Shown piece by piece: positions 1-13,150 of a DNA stretch of 64,000 nucleotides (the stretch's first letter is position 1; each line of letters starts with the position of its first letter). The DNA lies in NCBI GenBank assembly GCA_963514005.1, contig OY740798.1:23560001-23624000 (forward strand), read 5' to 3'. The notes under the pieces are model-generated. The model was not told where the DNA came from, did no database searches, and was given only the letters and a program-made list of their open reading frames with translations. This DNA comes from Raja brachyura. Lineage: Eukaryota. The translations under genes were made by a program, and so were the position numbers.

Positions 1-1204
1 TGTTAGAGAACATTAGTGAACAAACAGCATCATGAAGCCCAAGGAACACACCAGACAGGTCAGGGATAAGGTTGTGGAGAAGTTTAAAGCAGGGTTAAGT
101 TATAAAAAAAAAATCCCAAGCGTTGAACATCTCACGGAGAACTGTTCAATCCATCATCCGAAAATGCAAAGAGTATGGCACAACTGCAAACCTACCAAGA
201 CATGGCCATCCACCTAAACTGACAGGTCGGGCAAGGAGAGCATTGATCAGAGAAGCAGCCAAGAGGCCCATGGTAACTCTGGAGGAGCTGCGGAGATCCA
301 CAGCTCAGGTGGGAGAATCTGTCCACAGGACAACTTTATGGAAGAGTGGCAAGAAGAAAGCCATAAGGAGTCCCGTTTGCAGTTTGCCAAAAGCTATGTG
401 GGGGACACAGCAAACATGTGGAGGAAGGTGCTCTGGTGTGATGAGACCAAAATTGAAGTTTGTGGCCTAAATGCAAAACGCTATGTGTGGCGGAAAACTA
501 ACACTGCACATCACCCTGAACACACCATCCCCACTGTGAAACATGGTGGTGGCAGCATCATGCTGTGGGGATGTTTTTCTTCAGCAGAGACAGGGAAGCT
601 GGTCAAAGTTGATGGGAAGATGGATGGAGCCAAATACAGGGCAATCTTGGAAGAAAACCTGTTAGAGTCTGCAAAAGACTTGAGACTGGGCGGAGGTTCA
701 CCTTCCAGCAGGACAACGACCCTAAACATACAGCCAGAGCTACAATGGAATGGTTTAGATTAAAGCATATTCTTGTGTTTGGATCGCCCAGTCAAAGTCC
801 AGACCTAAATCCAATTGAGAATCTCTGGCAAGACTTGAAAATTGCTGTTCATAAACGCTCTCCATCCGATCTGACTGAGTTTGAGCTATTTTGCAAAGAA
901 GAATGGGCAAAAATTTCGGTCTCTAGATGTGCAAAGCTGGTAGAGACATACCCCAAAAGACTTGCAGCTGTAATTGCAGCGAAAGGTGGTTCTACAATGA
1001 ATACTTTTGCACGCCACACCTTTCAGTTTTTTATTTGTAATAAAATTTGGAAACCATGTATCATTTTCCTTCCACTTCACAATTATGCACCACTTTGTGT
1101 TGGTCTATCACATAAAATCCCAATAAAATACATTTACGTTTGTGGTTGTAACGTGACAAAATGTGGAAAAGTTCAAGAGGTATGAATACTTTTGCAAGCC
1201 ACTG
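1..1204 (+). mobile_element. Tc1/mariner DNA transposon (Passport-like, IR/DR type), left end outside window, defective
   Basis: Transposase fragments in three frames; right end ...TGAATACTTTTGCAAGCCACTG followed by TA (1205-1206); inner direct repeat TGAATACTTTTGCA at ~998 and ~1183. Confidence 0.93.
32..998 (+). pseudogene. Tc1 DD34E transposase pseudogene
   Basis: MKPKEHTRQVRDKVVEKFKAG / LWCDETK / [15 protein letters not shown] / SPDLNPIENLW / AAKGGST, split by frameshifts and small deletions. Confidence 0.92.
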
Positions 1205-1206
1205 TA

Positions 1207-3170
1207 AATATTCTCTGCACTCTTTCCAGTTTAACATCATCCTTCCTTTAGCAGGGTGACCAATACTGAACACAGGACTCCAAATGCGGCCTCACCAAAG
1301 TGGCGGACAACTGTAACATAGCATCTCAACTTCTTATCTCAATATCCTGACAAGGAAGACCAATGTAGCGAAAACCTTCTTGACTACTCTATCTGCTAGT
1401 GCCACTACTTTCAAATTGAACAATGTACCTGCGTTCCACGACATCTCTACTCTACAACACTGCCCAGTGCCCTGCCATTCGCTATAAAGGTCCTGCTGTT
1501 TTGATTTCCCAAAATGCAACACCTTGCACTTATCTGCATTAAACTCCATTAACCATTCCTCAGCCCACTTGCCCTGCTGATGAAGATCCTGCTGTAATTT
1601 TTAATAACGATCGTTGCTATCTACGATACCACACACTTTAGTGTAATTTTGTCATTGTTATCCATATATCTGCGAGAGATGATAGTGTGGCTTTAATGTT
1701 GTCCTGTTTGGAGAGGGGAGATTTTCTTTGGTTGCATTTCCTGCTGTGGCTGACTTAGCCTAGCGTTGACAGACAGACCCCATCACAGCTTCCACAGGTG
1801 AAGTTGTCTCCAGTTGTTGGATTGGCTGTTGCCTTTAATCATTTTGCGGCTTTGGCACCTGGCCTCCAGGGTCTTGAACCATTTGCTATTGTGCTGCATC
1901 ATGCCCGCCTGGAGATCCTTTCTTGGTGTCATCTGCAAACTTACTATTCATGCCTTGTACATTCTCATCCAATTCATTGATATAAACCTCAAACAGTAAC
2001 AGTCTCTAATTCTTGAGACACGCCTTGAGTCATAGGCATCGAGTCCCAAAAACTTCCTCTGCTTCCTTCCATGAAGCCAATTCTCTATCCAGTCAGCTAC
2101 CTCTCTCTTGACCCCGTGCAATCTAACCTGCCAGAGCAGCCTTTTGACAATGTCTACGGCTTTGCCTTCATCAACCTTTTTGGGTTTCTTCTTCAAAACC
2201 ACAGTCAAATTCAAAAGACACAATCGCCCATGTACAAAACCATGCTGACTATCCCTAATAAGCCGCTGTTTATCCAAATGAATATATTACCTTATACATC
2301 AGAATCCTCTCCAGTATCTTGCCCACCACATATGTTAAGCTCACTTGTCTATAGTTTCCAGACTTTTCTTTGCAGCCTTTCTTAAATAGAAGCATAATAT
2401 TAGCCAGTCTTCCAGCATCTCACCATGCCTAATAATGATTCATATATCTAATCCAGGGCTCGTGCAGTTTCTTCTCTCGTGTCCCATGATATTTTTCGAT
2501 ACATCTGATCAGGCCCAGGAGATTTATCTGCCTTCCGAAGCCTGAGGATGTCCAACATCTCCTTGACCCTAATGTGGACTGTCCTCAAGACATCTCCATG
2601 AACTGTCCCGAGGCCCCCAGTCTTCATGTCTTCCTCCATGGTAAAAACAGGAGAAATACTCATTGAGAACTTTGCCCAACTTGCGGCTCCACACAGAGAT
2701 GACCACTTTGATTTCTAAGGGGCCCTATTTCCCCTCTAGTTTCGTCTTTCCCTTAATGTAACAATAAAATCACTGGATTCTCCTTAGTATTATTACCTGT
2801 CCATTTTTTGCCCTCCATATTTCCTTCTTACGTATGCTCTTCAGTTCCCCAAACTCCTCCAGGGATACATTTGATCCGAGTTGCCTATACCTGTTCCGTG
2901 ACTCCTTCATTTTCCTGAGCAGAGCCATTTCTCTTGTCATCCAAGCTTCCTTACTCCTACCTATCTTGCCCTTCACCCTAACCAGAACATGCATGCCCTG
3001 AACTCTGATCACCAAACTTTTAAAAACATCCCACTTTCCAGATATTCCTTACTCCATTCAAATTTAGCAAGTTTCTGTCAAATACTATCAAAGTTGGCCT
3101 TTCCTCACTCCAGACTTTAAACTTGTGGGCCCACCATGTCCTTCTCCATAACTATTTTAAAGCTGCTCTA
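1207..3170 (-). mobile_element. Degraded CR1 LINE ORF2 fragments
   Basis: Minus-strand peptides MEFNADKCKVLHFGK, SQHGFVHGRLCLLNL, KSPGPDQMY; boundaries approximate. Confidence 0.8.
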
Positions 3171-3619
3171 AAGATTTGCTCATAATCTCTGTAGCTTGGT
3201 ATTGCGGACACTATGCATATAGTGTTCGCAATAAGACAGAAAAGATGTTGGCACATATTAGAATTTATGACAATTACCGATTGGTATTGTGGAGATGTGG
3301 TTGCATACTGACGAAGACTGCTCTCTGCTCAATATGTGAGCAGAAATCAATACAAAAAATGCAGATGCTGGAAATCTATACTATTACTAAAACTCTCATC
3401 TTGTCCTCTTCCGGATTGCATTCTTTTTAAATTGGCGCAAAAATGGTACCCTATATCGTTATATACCCTATATAGGATTTTTTTGCCACCTTACTCACCG
3501 TTCTCCTCTGCTCCAAGTGCACCACCCCCCCACACACCACCCCCAACACCCCCACACACCACTGAACTGGGAAGGAGACAAAGGAAGATAGGGGTGTCTC
3601 ATAGGGTAAAACTAGAGTG

Positions 3620-5700
3620 ACAGATAATCTTATTTGCATCTTGTCATCCCAATTTCCAAAAGGCATTGTAAAAAGAAACAAGGTTGAATATACTCCAACC
3701 TAGTCAACATGGTTTTATGAAAGGTAAATTATGTTTGACAAATTTGCGATAATTTTTAAGAGTATGCGACGGAGAGTGGACAGGGAGAAACTTGTAGATG
3801 TAGATAGGCCTTTTAGATTTTTAAAAGAAATTTAGCATTGTGCCTCATAATATGTCGGTGCACAAATTAAGAGCCTAAATTATGGGAGTAGGTGTGATGG
3901 GATGAATTGAAAACTGTCTGTCATATTGCCGACAAAGAGTTGGAATAAATGGGTACTTTACAGGCTGCAGGTAATTTCTGATAAACTTCAGTGAGTTCCT
4001 AGTTTTGCCCCTCAGTTGTTTAATCTGTACATTAATGACCTGGAGGAGGGAATGAAATGTAAGGTTTCCAAGTTTGCTGATGATTCAAAAGTAGGTGGAC
4101 GGACAGATTGTGATAGATTTAGTGACTGAGTGATAACCTGTCAAACGCAGATTATTATCTGATCAGACAAAGACTGTATATGAGTGAATTTTGAAGGAAT
4201 CTGGGTAATCTAATGCATAAATCACAAAAGGTGAGCAGGCAGGTCCAATGAGTAGTTGAGAAGGCCAACGGTAAGTGAACGTTTATTGCAGAGGGGTTGG
4301 AGTTTAAGAATAGGAAAATGTTGTTAAAGTTGTAGTGGATGTTAGTGAGGCCAAGGTGGAATACCTTTGGAGAATTTTGGTTCACTTCAAGTCAAGTCAA
4401 GTCACTTTTATTTCTATAGCACATTTAAAAAACAACTCTCGTTGACCAAAGTGCTTTACATTGGTGGAGGTACTAACGTTATACAACATTGGTTCATAGA
4501 TTTAGTACATACATAAATACATACTTATAGCCCTCCCTCAGAGGACGTCAAGAAAGGCTTGAGAGTAAAGATGAGTTTTAAGTCTTGACTTAAAAGAGTT
4601 GATGGAGGGGGCAGTTCTGATGGGAAGAGGGATGCTGTTCCACAGTCTAGGAGCTGCAACCGCAAAGGCGCGGTCGCCTCTGAGCTTATGCCTAGACAGC
4701 GGGATGTTCAGTAACCCCAAATCGGCCGATCTGAGGGACCTGGAGGTGGTGTGGTGGGTGAGCAGACTTTTGATGTAGATGGGGGCAAGCCCGTTAAGGG
4801 CTTTGAAAACATAAAGAAGGATCTTGAAATTTATTCGGAACCGCACAGGGAGCCAGTGGAGAGAGGCCAGAATCGGGGTGATGTGGTCCCTTTTTTGGGT
4901 GCCCGTCAGGAGTCTCGCTGCAGTGTTTTGGACCAGTTGCAGGCGGGACAGGGAAGATTGGCTGATGCCAGTGTAAAGGGAGTTGCAGTAATCGTGGCGG
5001 GAGGAGATAAATGTGTGGATGATCTTTTCGAGGTCATCAAACTGGAGGAATTGTTTTATTTTAACTATCGTCCAGAGCTGGAACAAGCTAGCTTTTACCA
5101 CGGCATTGACTTGTTTGTCAAATTTCAACGCTGAGTCAAATATTACGCCAAGGTTTTTGACGTGAGGTTTGAGTAATGGGGTAAGGCTTTCGAGGCTGCC
5201 TGCTATCATTTTGATTGAGTCCGAGGAGCCGAGAAGGATGACCTCAGACTTGCCTATAAATGGTTATTATAGCATTGGGGAGCAGTCTAAAAGAGATTTA
5301 TTGGGCTAATTTCTGGATTGAGAGGGCTGCCCTGTCATGAGATGCTAAATAGTTTAGGTCTATATTCCTTGGAGTTTAGAAGAATAGGGGGTGACCAAAG
5401 ATCCTAATTTGGTGTGACAGTAGATATTTTCACTGGCAGGAGAATCGCAAGAAGGAGGACATAGTCACAAAATAAGGGACAGGTCATTTAAAACTGAGGT
5501 GTGCAAAGATTTCTTCTCTCAGAGGGTAATGAATCGCTGGAATTCTCTGCCCTCGACAGTGGTGGAGCCCAGATCATTAGATATATTTCCGATGAAGGTA
5601 GATAAATATTTGAAATCTAGCACAGATGTTTAGCTATGATCATATTGAATGGCGGAACAGATTTGAGGGACTCGATGACTTAATTTGGCTCGTGTTTTCT
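3620..5700 (+). mobile_element. Degraded CR1 LINE interrupted by an L2 insertion
   Basis: QHGFMKGKLCLTNL and SKFADDSK motifs at 3700-4090; CR1 3' sequence resumes at ~5253 after the L2. Confidence 0.75.
4386..5252 (-). mobile_element. L2 LINE, 5'-truncated 3' fragment
   Basis: ORF 4538-5209: KNLGVIFD, DYCNSL, LQLVQNTAARLLT, HITPILASLHWLPV, PRLWNSIP; (TTGAC)n tail, seen as CAAGT repeats at ~4388-4403. Confidence 0.93.
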
Positions 5701-7469
5701 TGTGCTCTTGTGGTAGATTGGTAGGTGGGCTGATCAGAGATGCCCTTTGGCAATCACTAAACTGCAACCACCACCAATAATGATCTCTCACCAGGCCATT
5801 GGCAGCTGAATCTACTGGCCCGTGCATTTGTGGGTAGCCTCATATTCCAGTGATTCAAGCTTCACTGAACATTTGTGACACACCTGAAGCACCAAATGTT
5901 AAGATGCCTCAGACTGAGTGAAATTGCAAATAGGAACGAGGTTTCAAGTTTAGTCTGGAACTCTAGGGATAGTGGAAGTGCAGCACAATGGGGTGTGGGC
6001 AAGGGATTGGTGAGAGGACACCTGAATGCAATTTTAACCCTTTTGAGAAAATGTATTGCAAATCATTTAATTAAATTGTTGTGTGTGAACTACATTAAAT
6101 TCATATTATGCAGGTCATTTTTTAGTTTTTTATATTGATATCACATCAGAAACATATTAGCATATGATGACTATGGAATGTTCCAATATCTTTGGATTTA
6201 AATTGAAATGTTCATCCTCTGAAGGAAAATTAGTTATTTGAGAAAATTAGTTATAGATTAACTGACTTCCAATATTAAGATGTTCAAATGTTTTCAATGT
6301 AGGTATTTCATTTTCCCAGGCCAAATATCTCAGTAATCTGCTGAATGAGGCAGAGAATTGTTAGAAAATGACAGAAATATTAACAGAAATTGGCAGGGAT
6401 CTTTTAATATTCTCTTTGAATGGTTTCACTATATGAAATTTAAAAGCTGCCAATAATATATTGAAGTTAATTAGCAGAATGTGGGGTGAATAAAAAATGG
6501 GATTAATCTAGGATTAGTGTAAAATTGGTGTTTGATGTTAGATGAGGACTAAATTAGTTGAAGAGCTGCTTCACTGTCATATCACTCTTATGACTCTAAC
6601 ATTAATTAAGTTGATTGAATATCACATATTTGTTTCTGTAGCTGATCTATGATACCTTTTCACTTGGGCTTAGGTAAATTGAGAAATAGCTTTTTTTGTA
6701 GGATGGTTTTAATGCTGAAATCATTAACACTTGTGAGGGCAAGTTACGCAAAGCCCACCATAGGGTTTATAGGTTGGCTATGCCCAAGTCAGTCAGATGT
6801 TTGGCCAAATTTTCAAAGAATACCAAGCAGCACCTTTTGCAACTTTAACTTAACATTAAAGGGTAGATATCAACATGGAACATCTGAGTCATTGATGAAG
6901 TAACTGAAGATGGTTGAACCTAGGATACAACCCGTTTAAGCTCAGACAATTAACTTCTAATATTAAGGGTAGTCGGTCTCACCTTTGGAATTCAGCTGTT
7001 CATTATTATACCAAAGCTGTAATGAAATCTGTTCCATGATGTACTCAACTTTATATTTTATTATTTTATCATTTTCATATTTGGAATATTCGAAAAGTAA
7101 AAGTCTTACTACTGTACTTCAATATATTATTGCGTGTCACATTGTAAGGGGTAGTCTGTAAACGCATACATTACTGTATTTGGTTGCTAATTTGAAACTT
7201 AATAACACACAAGGTCAAGGGCAAGAAATAGTGTAAAAATAGACTGTTGGCTTGATTATGACATGAATGCAACTTGATAAGATCCAGGCGCTTGTACTTG
7301 TCCTGGAGGATCAGAAGAGTTGTGCAACTCCTTTACCCTAGATACGAATAGTTGCTATCTCAAAGTTAAATCTGTATTTAAAGAAAATAAGTGTTTTTTC
7401 TGTGATTTTCTTCTAATCATTGTGTAGTTTACCATAATTAAAACATTACGTTTTGTATGGCCTGTTTGT

Positions 7470-7830
7470 GACACCAAAGACACCAAAGACAGCAGATACT
7501 GCCATTTTGAGCAAAGAAAAAAACAGCTAAAGAAGCTAAGTGGGTCAGGAAGCATCTGTGGAGGGAAATAGATCGACAACTTCTTGGGGTAGAACCCGAC
7601 TTCAAGACTATAGGGAAGATAGTTGGTAGAAGGAGATGCAGGGGAACAGTGGGCAAGAGCTAGCAAGTGATAAGTGGATGTAGGTAAGTAGGTGCTGATA
7701 GGAAGAATAGTCAAGTGGGAGAGAAGGCTTGATAACTCAAAGGCTGGAGGAGATAAGTGGTGAAGACAAATGGCTCTCAATGTGGAATCTGATAGGAAAG
7801 GTGAAAAGTAGAACCAGAGGGAGGGATGGT
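7470..7830 (-). mobile_element. Old Penelope-derived terminal repeat fragment
   Basis: Diverged copy of the ...CAGCATCTGTGGAG... repeat seen at 10.9, 12.7, 24.4 and 25.6 kb, followed by a purine-rich tract. Confidence 0.55.
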
Positions 7831-8278
7831 TGGTAGATTGTAACGTGGTCCTTCTCTCTCATTCTGATCTACCCAAGTCCTCTCGGACACACCTATCTTT
7901 CCTCCTTTCCCCCTGCCACCCTATTCCTTTCCCCTCATTGTCCTCCACCTCCTCCTTCTGCTCACTTCCCATCCCTACCCCTTCCTGGTTCTTTATTCCA
8001 CTCTTCTCCCCTTTCCCCAATTCTTGTTCCACCCCATCCCTCCCTCTGGTTGTACATTTCACTCCACACCTTCCTTTCAAATCTGATTTCAGCATCTACT
8101 GCCCTTTGTCTTCTCCACTTCCAGCATTTGTGACTATTTCTGCCATTTTCTCCCTCACCTCCATAAACTTCATATGGCCCCTTATACATAAACATTTTGA
8201 TAATGATCTAGGGAAATATCATCATCAATACCAGGAGAAAAATTCAGTAACATGTCTGGTATTCCGCCTAGCAAATAT

Positions 8279-8641
8279 CCCGTAACGGTTGTTGTGTTTG
8301 GTGTCCATTGTAAGGTAAACCATGGAGGCTCCAAACCTCTAATGCGTATCATATGGTAGTAGCGATTTTTGGGTAAGTTAATTATTTTTTTTTAGTTTCC
8401 AATTTAATATATCTAAAACATTGTGGTGTCAACAAAGCAACGACCGTTTACGATATATTGTCCGACTTTTTTAAATTAAAAAAAAAAAATTTTTGGACAT
8501 AGATTGGTCATCAAAACTAAGAAACTGAGCTAATCTGCAATTTGGCAACACACTGTCTCTTGTTTACCTTTTGTACGGACCAAGTCGCTAACTTCATTCC
8601 TTCGTGTCAACTTCCGGAAGCTCCGCAATGACCGTTACGGG
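8279..8641. mobile_element. Putative MITE / DNA-transposon relic
   Basis: 11-bp perfect inverted repeat CCCGTAACGGT (8279-8289) / ACCGTTACGGG (8631-8641); no clear TSD. Confidence 0.4.
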
Positions 8642-8642
8642 G

Positions 8643-9340
8643 ACAATAGACAATAGACAATAGGTGCAGGAGTAGGCCATTTGGCCCTTCGAGCCAGCAC
8701 CGCCATTCAATGTGATCATGGCTGATCATCCCCAATCAGTACCCCGTTCCTACCTTCTTCCAATATCCCCTGACTCCGCTATTTTTAAGAGTCCTGTCTA
8801 GCTCTCTTTAAAGTTTCCAGAGAACCTGCCTCCACCGCCCTCTGAGGCAGAGAATTCCACAGACTCACCACTCTCTGTGAGAAAAAGTGTTTCCTCGCCT
8901 CCGTTCTAAATGGCTTACTCCTTATTCTTAAACTGTGGCCCCTGGTTCTGGACTCCCCCAACATCGGGAACATGTTTCCTGCCTCTTATGTGTCCAAGCC
9001 CTTAACAATCTTATATGTTTTAATTGATTCCCTTTCATCCTTCTAAACTCCAGAATGCATAAGCCCAGCTGCTCCATTCTCTCAGCATATGACAGTCCCG
9101 CCATCCCGGGAATTAATCTTGTAAACCTACGCTGCACTCCCTCAATAGCAAGAATGTCCTTCCTGAAATTAGGGGACCAAAACTGCACACAATAGTCCAG
9201 GTGTGGTCTCACTAAGGCTTTGTACAACTGCAGAAGGACCTCACTGCTACTATATTAGATTCCTCCTGTTATAAAGGCCAACATGCCATTTGCTTTCTTC
9301 ACTGCCTGCTGTACCTGCATGCTTACTTTCATAGACTGAT
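8643..9340 (-). mobile_element. CR1 LINE 3' end (relatively young)
   Basis: LVRPHLDYCVQFWSP, EGVQRRFTRLIPG, RTRGHSL, FFSQRVVSLWNSLP; (CTATTGT)n tail. Confidence 0.93.
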
Positions 9341-9911
9341 AGACATTTTACTTACTAAAACAATCAGCCCAAATCAAACCATCTGACGAATCATCGGCCA
9401 TCGATATAGCTCAAATCCATAAGGTAATGTACCATTTAGATCACGTTGGTGAAAACCAGGTCACTGGTGGACACCATGCGACAACTGTTACACAAAGTGT
9501 ATTTGTGTATTCTGATGCCATTTTCGGAAACATGCCATCTATATGCTATCTTTTCTTATATTTTTTGTTGATGCTATGTTGGTCATGGAACCCAATAAAG
9601 TGCTTGTCAACTTTTTTTGAAGGAATTTGAAATTTGTCACATTATTGTAAAAAGGCACATTTAGAAACAAACATATATGTGTTATATTTATCATTGGGAG
9701 GCATTTTACCATCATGGATCCATAGATGTACAAATCATGGTTCTGTTTTCATTATAAAAACTAATTGATTTCCTCATGTTATTTGTATTTTTTCAATTCT
9801 TCTAAAATTAAAAAAAAGATTTGTCTATAGAGTGAGGATTGTCTGCTTTCTGATTGGTATATCATAGAATAGCAGATATTCCAGTTTATATTTGTGAATT
9901 TTACATTACAG

Positions 9912-9977
9912 GACAAAGAGCAGATGTCTACAGGAATATACACCACCAAATGGTTCCTGCAGTGTTTTATAGAAAGA
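9912..9977 (+). CDS. USP6NL/RN-tre-like TBC Rab-GAP, internal coding exon (66 nt)
   Basis: ACAG|GAC...AGA|GTAAGT; DKEQMSTGIYTTKWFLQCFIER resembles USP6NL [22 protein letters not shown] (recalled). Confidence 0.93.
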
Positions 9978-10178
9978 GTAAGTAAATATTTTATATCATG
10001 ATTATGGAATAATGCCTCAGAGGAAATTAATATAAAGACTAGAGCAGACTAAAACCACTTAGAGATTAATCCTTAATTAAACTTTACTGAAAATGTAGGA
10101 GATTTACCTTCCATTGTGCATGAATGTGTTTGAATGAAAGCTACCAGGACACCTGTAAACACTTGACTTGGCGCATAG

Positions 10179-10457
10179 GTCGCCACAGTGGCATACTGGT
10201 AGAGCTCCTTCCTTACAGCACCGGAGACCCAGGATCGATCCTAACTACATGGGGTGTCTGTACGTTCTCCCGGTGACTGCGTGGGTTTTCTTCGAGTGCT
10301 CCGGTTTCCTCCCATATTCCAAAAGATGTACATGTTGTAGCTTCTGTAAATTGTCCCTAGTGCGTGGGATAGCACTAATGTGCAGGTGATTGCTGGTTGA
10401 CATGCACTTGGTGGGCTGAAGGGCCTATTTCCACGTTGTATCTCTAAACTAAACTAA
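10179..10457 (+). mobile_element. tRNA-derived SINE (HE1/V-SINE type)
   Basis: A/B-box-like head, central TTCTCCCGGTGACTGCGTGGGTTTTC..CTCCGGTTTCCTCCCA core, CR1-like tail, (CTAAA)n end. Confidence 0.85.
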
Positions 10458-10877
10458 TCCAATACCTTCCGTAAAGTCAAAATATGTTTGACAAATTCGT
10501 TAATTTAATATTTGGGTTATGTGGGACATCGGTGAAACCACACCTGGAATATTGTGTTCAGCATTGGTCTTCTTATTTAAGGAACAATACAAATGTATTG
10601 AAAGCAGCTCAGAAAAGCTGCCTGAACTGATGTCTGGATGGATAAGTTGAGTTTGAGGAAAAATTGGACCAGCTATATTTGTAGCTGGAGTTTGGAAAAA
10701 TGTGAAAATTGCACAGACCAAGGGTCTTTGGATTAATATGACTCTTAAGTTATTGATTTTTTTTAAATTATATATTATCTGTGTGTATTGCACTTACAGG
10801 CCTACTATGCCTGTAGGAAAAAGTGGTCATAAAAGTTCACAACAAATTTGTTTGTGTCATAGGATTAAGTTTAATGT

Positions 10878-11055
10878 GTAAGAAAGAACCGCAGGTGCTG
10901 GTTTAAATGGAAGATAGACACAAAAAGCTGGAGTAACTCAGCTGGACAGGCAGCATCTCTGCAGAGAAGGAATGGGTGACAATTCGGGTCAAGAAGAAGG
11001 GTCTCCAGAGATGCTGCCTGTCCCGCTGAGTTACTCCAGCTTTTTGTGTCTATCT
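10878..11055. mobile_element. Penelope-derived palindromic insertion with 18-bp TSD
   Basis: Inverted arms ~10911-10967 / ~11002-11056; flanking direct repeat TAGGATTAAGTTTAATGT at 10860-10877 and 11056-11073. Confidence 0.75.
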
Positions 11056-11295
11056 TAGGATTAAGTTTAATGTTCAGTTGTGATGGTGATTCAAATGCAT
11101 TATATTAAAAAAAACATGCTAGTCTCCATACAGATGCATGCATGGTTTGTATATGCTGGCCTATCATTTTCTCTCTCATTAATAATAGTGCTGAACTGAA
11201 TAGCTTGCCTAACCCTCTAGTCTGAGTGATTGTGTCTCGCTATTAAATGATCATATTTGAGGTAATGTTTATACATTTGTTTAATTATCAAACAG

Positions 11296-11395
11296 ACACC
11301 ATTTACACTCACGCTGCGGTTATGGGATATTTACATTCTGGAGGGGGAGAAAGTCCTTGCTGCTATGGCATACACCATCATGAAACTGCACAAAA
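11296..11395 (+). CDS. USP6NL/RN-tre-like TBC Rab-GAP, internal coding exon (100 nt)
   Basis: AACAG|ACA...AAAA|GTAAG; [33 protein letters not shown], the C-terminal TBC motif; phase 0 to 1. Confidence 0.95.
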
Positions 11396-11759
11396 GTAAG
11401 ATGATTGCTGTTTTTTATTGATGTTTTCTCATAAAGAAATTTAAATAGAATTAAAGGACCTGCATGCCAGAAATAAGTTGAATCAATTATTTGATTCATA
11501 GATTCTGGCTGTACAGTTTTTTTACTAACAAAAGTACTTTTTATGATTCTTCCAGGAAACAGGGATTGTAATACTTAGCTCATTGGAGAACAAGAAAATG
11601 AATACATGAAAATATTTAAGAGTTAACTTGTTTCCTGGAACAATCAATACCACTGTGCAATTATTTTCATTAGTGCTAGAGTGAGTAATGTAGGACGATA
11701 CAATGTCCCCTCTTCCTGCGTTTACCGCAAATAGGAGAAAAAACTGTTGTGATCATTGT

Positions 11760-12050
11760 GGTGGCACAATGGTGCAGCAGGTTGAGTTACTGCCTCATAG
11801 CGTCAAAGATCCAGGTTCAATCCTGACCTTGGGTCTTGTCTATGTGGAATTTGCATTCTCCCCGTGACTGCAAGGGCTTCCTCTAGTTCTTCCGGTTTCC
11901 TCCCACATCCAAGTTTGTAAGTTAATTGCCCTTGGCATGTAGGAGGTAGATACGAAAATGGGGAAACAGAACTACTGTGAATGGGTGATCGATGGTTGGC
12001 ATGGCGTCGATGGGCCAAAGGGTCAATTTCCATGCTGTATCTCTCAATTA
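11760..12050 (+). mobile_element. tRNA-derived SINE (HE1/V-SINE type)
   Basis: TGGTGCAGCAGGT A-box, GGTTCAATCCT B-box, same central core as the 10179 copy. Confidence 0.85.
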
Positions 12051-12651
12051 AAATTAATTAAAGAATGACATATTGAGCAATGACAAAGAAACATGGAGCA
12101 TTAGTGAAGGTAACTTTGCAGCTAAATTCAACCTTTTCTTAAATGGACAAGAAGATGCTTAGTGCAAGAGCTTGCATTGGAAGAAATAAATGTAAAGTAA
12201 TGGATAATACATTTTAAACTAATCAGAAGGAGAAAGTTCTTTCAATTTAGTTTGCCAATTTAATTTGTCCGGTCTGTATGAATTTTCAAGTCCCCTGTGA
12301 TTGTTATATATGTTCGCTACAAGTTTTACTTAATTAAATCTCTTTCCACTTTTGTTCTTGTTTTTCGAAGGCTTTGTGAAGCACTAAAAACTTCTTGCTC
12401 CTTGTTATTTGCAAACTTTATCCATAGTAATTCTATTTCTTGTTTTTCTCCCTAATGTATATCATATTTTCATTATTTTAAGCTATATTCCTTTATTTCC
12501 TTTTTGTTTATCCTTTCTAAATAACAACCCCTACACATGTTTCCCTACTTTAGTGATCAAGCAACCGTGCCTCTAAGATGGACATTGAGTCAAACCCATT
12601 CAACCTCATTTGTCTATTCATCTACTTGGTTACAAATGCATTTTACTTTTA

Positions 12652-13150
12652 AAAACACAATTGCTTGGGTAATTCAGCAGGCCAGGCAGCATCTCTGGAG
12701 AACATGGATAGGAGACGTTTTGGGTCTGAACCCTTCTTCAGATTGATTGTAGTTGGGGGAGAATGCTGGAAGAGAGATGGAGGTGAGCAAAACCAGGCAA
12801 GAGGAATTTTGATTGGCAGATGGATGGACAAAGGTCAGAGATGGGAAGAAGAAAAAAGGTGGTGAGATAAGGAGGGAAGAGGCATGAAATGAGAAGTCAG
12901 AGGAAGAGATAGAGGTGGAAAGGGACAGGGGAAAGGGGGGGTGGATTAGTGGGAGAAATGGGTGTGCATCCAAGAAGGCAACAGGGAAGAGAGGGTGGGG
13001 GATGGGTGCGTTACCTACAATTGGGTGCGTTGGTAAGTTACCTACAATTGGAGAATTCAGTGTTTATACCTTTGGCTTGTAAGCTATCCAAGCAGAATAT
13101 AAGCATATATTCCTCCAGTTTGAGTGTGGCCTCACTCTGGCAATGGAGGG
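12652..13150 (-). mobile_element. Penelope-like element 3' fragment (endonuclease C-terminus plus terminal repeat)
   Basis: Degenerate HCQSEATLKLEE...G.NTEFSN; terminal repeat carries CTGAAGAAGGGTTCAGACCCAAAACGTC hammerhead-like core. Confidence 0.7.

Noticed and set aside
3445-3610. Short TACCCTAT / ATAGGGTA inverted repeat
   Set aside because: Only 8 bp and no TSD; could be chance
1-9900. Upstream TBC exons (GF..PGFPKL.RFQ motif)
   Set aside because: Not found by eye; probably outside the window
10179-10250. tRNA gene
   Set aside because: tRNA-like head of a SINE, no complete cloverleaf; same for 11760, 22200 and 33855
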